Source: Victivallales bacterium
GTDB taxonomy: Bacteria; Verrucomicrobiota; Lentisphaeria; Victivallales; GWF2-50-93
Assembly: GCA_041666985.1 (NCBI GenBank)
Contig: JBAYFV010000001.1
Span: forward strand, 1-40,002
Reading direction: 5' to 3'
Length of the DNA stretch: 40,002 bases
Notes under the pieces: generated by a model
Database searches by the model: none
The model's input: only the letters and a program-made list of their open reading frames with translations
Told to the model about the DNA's origin: nothing
Translations under genes and position numbers: made by a program
Shown: positions 33,824 through 40,002 of the stretch, piece by piece
Layout of the letters: every line of letters starts with the position of its first letter
Numbering within the stretch: the stretch's first letter is position 1

Positions 33824-35208
33824 AAAAGATGAAAATAGGTTTGCTTCCGCAGTACCTCGAACTTTACGACAAGAACTGCAGCGGGTTCAGGCCTGAAATG
33901 GAAAGGTTCCTGATGCTCATCTCCGGTGAGTTCAGGAAAAGAGGTGTCGAAGTTGTCACCGGGCGGATATGCAGGCTGGCTGCGGAGTTCGCAAAGGAAA
34001 TAAAATCGTTTGAAAATGCGGGAGTCCAGGCGATCGTCTCACTCCATCTCGCCTACTCGCCTTCGCTGGAATCCGCAAATGCGCTCAAGGCCACAAAGCT
34101 TCCGGTCATAATTCTTGACACGACCCCCGACTATGAATTTTCGCCGGACACGGCTCCGCTGAGGATAATGTTCAACCACGGCATCCACGGCGTGCAGGAC
34201 ATGTGCAACCTTCTTCTCCGCAACGGCAAGGATTTCATCATTGAGGCGGGACATTGGCGGAAGTCGGATGTTTTTGAGAGGGTGCTTCAGTCATTGGAGG
34301 CGGTCTGCATTGCGGATTCACTCCGTAATTCCCGCACCGGACTGATAGGGAATCCGTTCAAGGGCATGGGCGATTTTTCAGTGCCGTTCGACAGGTTGAA
34401 AAAGGAGATGGGAATAACGGCCGTACCTTTTGATTTCAAATGCGTCAACGGTTATCTGCCTGAGGAAAACTCGTCCGAGGTAAAGGCTGAAATCCGCAGC
34501 AACATGAAAATGTCCGCCGGTGCAAAGCAGGAAGTGAAAGACCATGTCAATACCGCCAGAGCCGGGATTGCCGTGCGTAAATGGATAAAGGAAAACAGCC
34601 TGTCCGCCTTCTCTGTGAATTTCATGGAGTGCGGAAATCGCACAGGCCTGCCCACTGTGCCGTTTCTCGAAGCGTCAAAGGCTATGGCGGACGGCATCGG
34701 ATACGCAGGGGAGGGGGATGTCCTGACAGCTTCGCTTGTCGGAGCCCTTATGTCTCAATATCCGGAAACAACGTTCACCGAAATGTTCTGTCCGGACTGG
34801 AAATCAAACCGGATTTTCCTTTCGCACATGGGAGAGGTCAATCTGAATTTGCTGGATGGCAAGCCTGAACTTGTGAAATGCGCTTTCCCGATTGAGGATA
34901 CAAATCCGCCGCTGTTTGCTGCTGGCAGGCTTAAGCCAGGCAAGGCGACGCTGGTCAACCTTGCCCCAGGCAAGGACAACACCTATACTTTGATAATGGC
35001 GACAGTTTCGGTAGAGAAGGCCCGTGACGGCAAGTTCAAGAATTCAGTCCGCGGCTGGATAAAACCGCCGATTAAGATTGAGGATTTTCTCGCTGAATAC
35101 AGCAGGGCCGGAGGGACGCACCACCTGGCTCTGGTTTACGGGAAGAAAATGCAGGCGCTCTCGAAATTCGCAAAGATTATGGGCTGGAATGCATTGAGAA
35201 TAGGTTGA
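33820..35208 (+). CDS. L-arabinose-isomerase-family sugar isomerase
   Basis: Matches AraA landmarks: 'GYAGEGDVLTASLVGALM' (GFAGEGDWKTA in AraA), 'FTEMF', 'LSHMGEV' and 'AGGTHHLALVYG' (AGGAHHTVFS in AraA). ATGA overlap with the upstream gene. Confidence 0.7.
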   Translation: MKKMKIGLLPQYLELYDKNCSGFRPEMERFLMLISGEFRKRGVEVVTGRICRLAAEFAKEIKSFENAGVQAIVSLHLAYSPSLESANALKATKLPVIILDTTPDYEFSPDTAPLRIMFNHGIHGVQDMCNLLLRNGKDFIIEAGHWRKSDVFERVLQSLEAVCIADSLRNSRTGLIGNPFKGMGDFSVPFDRLKKEMGITAVPFDFKCVNGYLPEENSSEVKAEIRSNMKMSAGAKQEVKDHVNTARAGIAVRKWIKENSLSAFSVNFMECGNRTGLPTVPFLEASKAMADGIGYAGEGDVLTASLVGALMSQYPETTFTEMFCPDWKSNRIFLSHMGEVNLNLLDGKPELVKCAFPIEDTNPPLFAAGRLKPGKATLVNLAPGKDNTYTLIMATVSVEKARDGKFKNSVRGWIKPPIKIEDFLAEYSRAGGTHHLALVYGKKMQALSKFAKIMGWNALRIG

Positions 35209-35246
35209 GGGAATTGAAATATTAAATTACAGCAGAGGCCGGGCCC

Positions 35247-35612
35247 ATGCATATCCGCTATTCTCCTGAGGAATATGGCAAGAACCTTTCCGAGCTCCTT
35301 GATATTCTACAGGGTACCGGCGCCAAGCTGATCTGGTCCAGCACCACTCCAGTCATGAGCCGTACCGGTGCGCGGTTTGAAGACATACCGATTCGTAATG
35401 CTGTGGCCGCAAAGATCATGGAAGCCAGAAAAATCCCCATTAACGATCTTTATCTCTACACACTGCCGCATGTCAAGGAATGGCAGAATCCGGACCAGGT
35501 TCACTTCAACCAGGCGGGTAATGACCGCCTTGCCGACCGCGTATGCGAAAACATCCTGCGCGAACTCAAGTGCGAACCCTCTGTCCCCGGAAAAACGGAG
35601 GCGGGCCGATAA
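35247..35612 (+). pseudogene. 5'-truncated SGNH hydrolase remnant (blocks I-III missing)
   Basis: 121 aa beginning just after where block III would be ('YSPEEYGKNLSELLDILQGTGAKLIWSSTTPV'). It retains block V 'DQVHFNQAGNDRLA'. There is no GDS block, and no room for one upstream because the isomerase gene ends at 35208. Confidence 0.5.
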
Positions 35613-35802
35613 GGACTATGAACTTCCCGCGCCCGGACACCCGGTCGCTTCGCCTCTTTCCCGTAATGAATATCTCCTCGTCTTGGATTAGGCAACTAGG
35701 CAGGATATATAGTGGGTAGTGTATTGAAATATTAGGCAAGCGGTCATATTATATCTGCAGTTGATTTGATATTTAAATGTTTACCGAGGCCTTTAATTGC
35801 AG

Positions 35803-36840
35803 ATGTATTCAAAAGTCGAGATACTGAAGGAGAAGATACTTTCGGATATAAAGACCGGGCGTCTTGCGAAGGATCATCCGATACCGTCCAGATTCCAGAT
35901 CATGAAACGGTATTCATGTTCGAGGGGGACGGTTGACAAGGCGATTTCCGGGCTGGTCAATCACGGATATCTGTACGGCAGGCAGGGTGCCGGAACCTAT
36001 GTCGGCGAAACTTCTGATTCCGTACCGGTAAGACAGGTTTTCCTTGCAGGCGATTATGACCTGAGAAGTTACGCGGACGCCGAAACTGCGAATCTCGCAT
36101 CCGAACTCCAGAAACACCTGCCGTGTTTCCTCTACAACGTAAACGACATCAAAATAAACCTCGACAAAATGGCCCGGCCCGGGAATGCGGTGATCTGGGT
36201 GCGTCCGCCGTACGAACAGCTCATGGTGATGAAATATCTTGCACATGCCGGAGTCCCGCAGCTGCTCATAGGGAGGAGTTATGCCAGCTTCGACCATATT
36301 GTCACCGATGCCCGCGAAGGCATAAGGAAGGGACTCGAATGGCTTGTCGGGAACGCAGGCGTGGAAGTGATATTCATCACATCGGAAAACAATCCCGACT
36401 CCCCCTACATAGCCGAAAGGCAGATCGCATTCTATGAACTCGCCGTTGAAATGGGTCTGAACCTGGATGGGAAAAGAATTTTCCGGATGGATTTCAAGGA
36501 CTTGAAAAAGGATTTGAATTTCCTGACAGGGAAACTGTTTTCCGGAAAAAAGAGGATGAAAGCTGTTTTTTCAACGCATATAGGCGCGGCGTTCCCCCTT
36601 GTGAGCATGGCGGAAAGCCGCGGCTGGCACACCGGGAAAGATTTTTTCTTCCTGACTTTTGATTACAGTTCCAGCCTGTGCGGATACAGGGGGATTGGCA
36701 TGCTCAGGCAGTTGTGGGACGAGATGGGGGAGAAATCCGTCGAATGGCTTGCGCGGAAACGTAAGAACAGGAATGAAGAGTTTAAAATTAGAATATGTCC
36801 GGAATTAATAACCTGGGAGAATGAAAATGAAGGAAGTTAG
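35803..36840 (+). CDS. Transcriptional regulator: GntR-type winged HTH fused to a LacI/PBP-type sugar-binding domain
   Basis: 'IPSRFQIMKRYSCSRGTVDKAISGLVNHGYLYGRQGAGTYV' followed by a periplasmic-binding-protein-like core. The ATG is at 35803 (the ORF-track start at 35797 is a TTG). Its 3' end overlaps the next gene by 20 nt. Confidence 0.8.
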   Translation: MYSKVEILKEKILSDIKTGRLAKDHPIPSRFQIMKRYSCSRGTVDKAISGLVNHGYLYGRQGAGTYVGETSDSVPVRQVFLAGDYDLRSYADAETANLASELQKHLPCFLYNVNDIKINLDKMARPGNAVIWVRPPYEQLMVMKYLAHAGVPQLLIGRSYASFDHIVTDAREGIRKGLEWLVGNAGVEVIFITSENNPDSPYIAERQIAFYELAVEMGLNLDGKRIFRMDFKDLKKDLNFLTGKLFSGKKRMKAVFSTHIGAAFPLVSMAESRGWHTGKDFFFLTFDYSSSLCGYRGIGMLRQLWDEMGEKSVEWLARKRKNRNEEFKIRICPELITWENENEGS

Positions 36841-37993
36841 AATCGGAATTGTCGGTCTCGGGAATATGGGGGCCGCCCATGTCGGGTTTGTTAAAAACAT
36901 CCCGAGGGCGAAGCTCGTCGCCCTCTGCGACTTGGACAAGGCGAAGGCTGACGCTTTTGCCGGCAGGAATTCCGTCAAGGCGTACTGTGACGGAGTCAAG
37001 ATGATCAGGTCGGGAGATATCGATGCAGTCATCATCGCCACGCCGCACTACGCCCACACCCCGCTTGCGATTGAAGGATTCAGGGCGGGCGTCCATGTTC
37101 TCACGGAAAAACCGATAGCCGTGCACAAGTCCGATGCGCAGAAGATGATTGACGCCCACAGGAAGAACAGGAAAGTTCTTTTCGCGGCGGTGTTCCAGCA
37201 GAGGACGCTCGGCATATACGGGAAACTCAAACAGCTTCTTGACTCGGGGGAGTTCGGCGAGGTCAGACGCGTAAACTGGATCATTACAAACTGGTTCAGG
37301 ACACAGAGGTATTATGACTCGGGCGGATGGCGTGCCACCTGGGGCGGCGAGGGCGGCGGCGTTCTTCTCAATCAGTGTCCGCACAACCTCGACCTTTTCC
37401 AGTGGCTGTTCGGAATGCCTTCGAAAATAAGGGCGTTCTGCGCAGTGGGGAAGTATCATGATATCGAAGTTGAAGACGAGGTCACCGCATATTGCGAATT
37501 CCGCAACGGGGCGACAGGCGTTTTCATCACCTCGACCGGTGAAGCTCCCGGAACAAACAGGCTTGAAATAACATGCGACCGCGGACGCGTCGTGGTTGAA
37601 GACGGGAAGATCGCCTTCAACAGGACGGAAGAACCTGTTTCGGAGTTTTGCAGGACGACAGACAAGGCATTTGAGGGGCCGCAGACATGGAACGTTGAAA
37701 TTCCATACCGGGAGACAGGCTCGGCGCCGGCCCACCAGAAGATTATTGAAAACTTTGTAAACGCAATCCTTGACGGCTCAAAACTCCTGGTGCGCGGGGA
37801 GGAAGGCATAAATTCCGTGGAGCTTGCGAACGCGATGCTCTATTCTTCAATGAAGGATAAAACAATTACCCTCCCGCTTGATGCCGGAGCATATGCGGAT
37901 TTATTGGGGAGGCTTGTCAAAGGCTCGAAGTTCAGGAAAAAAGAAGTCAAATCCGTATCGGCTGAGATGAATGCGTCATACGGTAAACAATAA
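36821..37993 (+). CDS. Gfo/Idh/MocA-family oxidoreductase
   Basis: 'VRIGIVGLGNMGAAHV' and 'VLTEKPIAV'. GGGAGA precedes the ATG. Confidence 0.85.
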   Translation: MKMKEVRIGIVGLGNMGAAHVGFVKNIPRAKLVALCDLDKAKADAFAGRNSVKAYCDGVKMIRSGDIDAVIIATPHYAHTPLAIEGFRAGVHVLTEKPIAVHKSDAQKMIDAHRKNRKVLFAAVFQQRTLGIYGKLKQLLDSGEFGEVRRVNWIITNWFRTQRYYDSGGWRATWGGEGGGVLLNQCPHNLDLFQWLFGMPSKIRAFCAVGKYHDIEVEDEVTAYCEFRNGATGVFITSTGEAPGTNRLEITCDRGRVVVEDGKIAFNRTEEPVSEFCRTTDKAFEGPQTWNVEIPYRETGSAPAHQKIIENFVNAILDGSKLLVRGEEGINSVELANAMLYSSMKDKTITLPLDAGAYADLLGRLVKGSKFRKKEVKSVSAEMNASYGKQ

Positions 37994-38008
37994 AAAGGAG
38001 AAACAGTC

Positions 38009-38767
38009 ATGAGAAGAAAACATATTGCAGCCCAGCTTTACACGTTGAGGGATTTCCTCAAGACGCCGGAAGACATCGCGACAAGCCTTAAGAAAGTCAA
38101 GAAGATCGGCTTTGACGCAGTGCAGATTTCGGGACTCGGCCCCATTGACACCGCGGAGCTCAGGAAAATGCTCGACGGCGAGGGGCTGACCTGCTGTGCA
38201 ACCCACGAGTCAGGCCAGATGATATTCGACCAGCCGGAGAAGGTTGTGGAGAAACTTAATCTGCTCGGATGCAAATACACCGCCTATCCGTGGCCCCACA
38301 CTTCCCCAAAGACGGAAGAGGATTACAAGCAGCTTGCCGCCGCTCTCAACAAGTCCGGCAAAGTGCTCAGGGATGCAGGCCAGGTGCTCACATATCACAA
38401 TCACGGCATTGAGTTTGAGAGGTTCGGGAAGAAAACAGGACTCGAGATCATTTATGATGAAACCAGTCCCGAATATCTCCAGGGTGAAATTGACACCTAC
38501 TGGGTGCAGTTCGGCGGCGGAAATCCGGTCGAATGGTGCAGGAGGCTTGAAAACAGGCTGCCCCTCCTGCATCTCAAGGAATACGGGATAATTGAGAGCC
38601 AGCCGAAGATGCTTGAAGTGGGCAGCGGAAACCTCGACTGGGGGAAAATTGTCAGGGCCGCCAGGAAATCAGGCACCGAATGGTTCATTGTCGAGCAGGA
38701 TGTCTGCAGGATTGATCCGTTTGATTCCCTTAAGATGAGTCTGGAATATTTAATAAAGGAGATTTGA
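38009..38767 (+). CDS. Xylose-isomerase-like TIM-barrel protein (sugar phosphate isomerase/epimerase family)
   Basis: 'GFDAVQISG', 'LTYHNHGIEFE', 'GEIDTYW' and 'WFIVEQD' show the metal-ligand pattern typical of the AP_endonuc_2 family. Confidence 0.85.
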   Translation: MRRKHIAAQLYTLRDFLKTPEDIATSLKKVKKIGFDAVQISGLGPIDTAELRKMLDGEGLTCCATHESGQMIFDQPEKVVEKLNLLGCKYTAYPWPHTSPKTEEDYKQLAAALNKSGKVLRDAGQVLTYHNHGIEFERFGKKTGLEIIYDETSPEYLQGEIDTYWVQFGGGNPVEWCRRLENRLPLLHLKEYGIIESQPKMLEVGSGNLDWGKIVRAARKSGTEWFIVEQDVCRIDPFDSLKMSLEYLIKEI

Positions 38768-38771
38768 GAAA

Positions 38772-39659
38772 ATGTATTTTACAGGATTTGCAGATGAGGC
38801 GTCAGCCGATTTTGACGGTCAGATTAAAGCGACACGGGAACTCGGCTGGAAATACATAGAGACACGCGCGCTTTGCGGCGGGAATCTTGCTTCCATAACT
38901 GACGGACAGTTTGACGAAGTATGCGCCAAGCTTGAAAAAGCGGGCGTAAGTTTCAACTCTTTCGGCAGCGGTATCGGCAACTGGGCAAAACCAATCACCG
39001 AACCTCCCGATTCAAGCTATGAGGAAATGAGGAAGGCGATTCCGAGAATGCAGAGGCTGGGGATCAAGTTTATCCGCATAATGAGTTTCCTGGTTGCGAA
39101 GGAGCTCCGTGAAAAGGATTTTCGCGACGAGGCCGTAAAGAGGATCAAAGTCATAGCAGAGATGGCTGAAGACGCCGGGATAATATGTGTGCATGAAAAC
39201 TGCAACTCATGGGGAGGCCTTTCCTTTGAGCATACGCTCCGTCTCGTCGAAGGTGTGAACTCACCGGCTCTCAAGCTTGTCTTTGACACCGGCAACCCTG
39301 TGGTTGAAGACGATGTCAGGGGAAAGCCCCCCTACAGGAAACAGAGCTCGTGGGAGTTCTATAACGCCGTCAGGGAACATGTCGTCTATGTGCATATCAA
39401 GGACGGACGTATTGTTGACGGGAAAAACGTTTTCACGTTCCCCGGCGAGGGTGACGGCGACGTCAGGAAGATTGTGAAAGATCTTCTCAAGGGCGGTTAT
39501 GACGGCGGATTTTCCATGGAGCCGCACATGGTTACCGTCTTTCATGACAAATCAGTCTCCGAGGATGACAAGCAGGCGGCGATGTACAGTAATTACGTCG
39601 AATACGGCAGACGTTTCTTAAAACTTCTTGCCGAGGTCAAAAAGGAATTAGGGAAATAG
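38772..39659 (+). CDS. Xylose-isomerase-like TIM-barrel protein (sugar phosphate isomerase/epimerase family)
   Basis: 'ICVHENCNSWG', 'LVFDTGNPV', 'YVHIKDG' and 'GFSMEPH'. Confidence 0.8.
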   Translation: MYFTGFADEASADFDGQIKATRELGWKYIETRALCGGNLASITDGQFDEVCAKLEKAGVSFNSFGSGIGNWAKPITEPPDSSYEEMRKAIPRMQRLGIKFIRIMSFLVAKELREKDFRDEAVKRIKVIAEMAEDAGIICVHENCNSWGGLSFEHTLRLVEGVNSPALKLVFDTGNPVVEDDVRGKPPYRKQSSWEFYNAVREHVVYVHIKDGRIVDGKNVFTFPGEGDGDVRKIVKDLLKGGYDGGFSMEPHMVTVFHDKSVSEDDKQAAMYSNYVEYGRRFLKLLAEVKKELGK

Positions 39660-39716
39660 GTTCCAAAGGCGCAAAGACACAGGGTTCTGATAAATGAAAT
39701 ACGGAATTAAGAAGAT

Positions 39717-39874
39717 AGAACAGCCCTTGCGGGCTTGACTACGAACAGATTCTCAGTTGTTTCTTGTTGGTTTGTTGTTAATGCCGCAAGGCATGTCCTT
39801 GGATTTGTTTTCTTGTTTGGATTTGGAGCTTGAAACTCGGGAAGTAATAATTCTAAGGCGGGCTTTGCCCTACC
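39717..39874. repeat. Cluster of three REP-like units (J 39717-39746 minus, K 39770-39800 plus, L 39857-39874 minus)
   Basis: The reverse complement of J is GTTCGTAGTCA-AGCCC-GCAA-GGGCT-GTTCT. K is GTTTGTTGTTA-ATGCC-GCAA-GGCAT-GTCCTT. The reverse complement of L is GGTAG-GGC-AAA-GCC-CGCC. Confidence 0.5.
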
Positions 39875-39885
39875 CCTATCAAAAA

Positions 39886-39978
39886 GAATCCAGAATTCAG
39901 AAGACAGTAGTCAGAATAAAACAACTCGGTTCATATTATTTTTTTAATTCTGAATCCTGACTTCTGACTCCTGAATTC
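39886..39978. repeat. Imperfect 32-bp inverted repeat built from heptad direct repeats around a 29-nt AT-rich spacer
   Basis: The right arm is ATTCTGA ATCCTGA CTTCTGA CTCCTGA ATTC (39947-39978). The left arm (39886-39917) is its inverted copy with 26 of 32 matches. Confidence 0.55.
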
Positions 39979-40002
39979 CAAACGTCCGGAAAAATTTGCA
40001 TA

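Noticed and set aside
36788-37735. 315-aa minus-strand ORF, with similar long antisense ORFs at 29602-30429, 30581-31075, 27729-28310, 10985-11749 and 7823-8287
   Set aside because: Each lies antisense to a gene with clear family motifs (Gfo/Idh/MocA, LbH transferase, CbiET, CbiH). The translations are R/P/G-rich without motifs. I treat them as shadow ORFs.

Overview
All calls come from reading the sequence and the ORF track by eye. No searches were run, and products are motif-level family assignments. The window looks like a PVC-type bacterium (Lentisphaerota, Kiritimatiellota or Planctomycetota-like), because it carries a DUF1559 / H-X9-DG prepilin-like gene and many glycan genes.

Layout:
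- 1-4.7 kb: three plus-strand glycan-associated genes.
- 4.7-13.1 kb: a minus-strand anaerobic cobalamin (cbi) cluster in the order cbiD, cbiET, cbiF-cbiG(N/mid), cbiG(C)-cbiH, cbiA. It is interrupted twice, once by a 783-bp REP-RAYT cassette and once by an antisense MNT/HEPN toxin-antitoxin pair plus a DUF1559 gene remnant.
- 13.2-22.9 kb: a visibly AT-richer minus-strand glycan-degradation block. It holds an alpha/alpha-toroid protein, an FAD oxidoreductase, a permuted SGNH esterase, a TIM-barrel GH, a sialate-O-acetylesterase-like protein, a DUF1559 pseudopilin and a LacI regulator.
- 23.3-39.7 kb: a GC-richer sugar-catabolic island. It holds five Gfo/Idh/MocA oxidoreductases, two xylose-isomerase-like TIM barrels, a class I aldolase, an FGGY kinase, an AraA-like isomerase, an amidohydrolase, an LbH acetyltransferase, a URO-D-like protein, and DeoR and GntR/PBP regulators.

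Most interesting observations:
- The REP-RAYT cassette is bounded by inverted GTTCGTAGTAG heads, is exactly 3n long, and splits cbiG in frame. The REP supplies the stop codon of the upstream half.
- A dispersed family of GTAG-hairpin-GTTCT units occurs in at least four loci, with covarying stems.
- One SGNH hydrolase has the block order II-III-V-I, which suggests a circular permutation.
- Several short conserved or periodic non-coding motifs are present.

No rRNA, tRNA or CRISPR array was seen.
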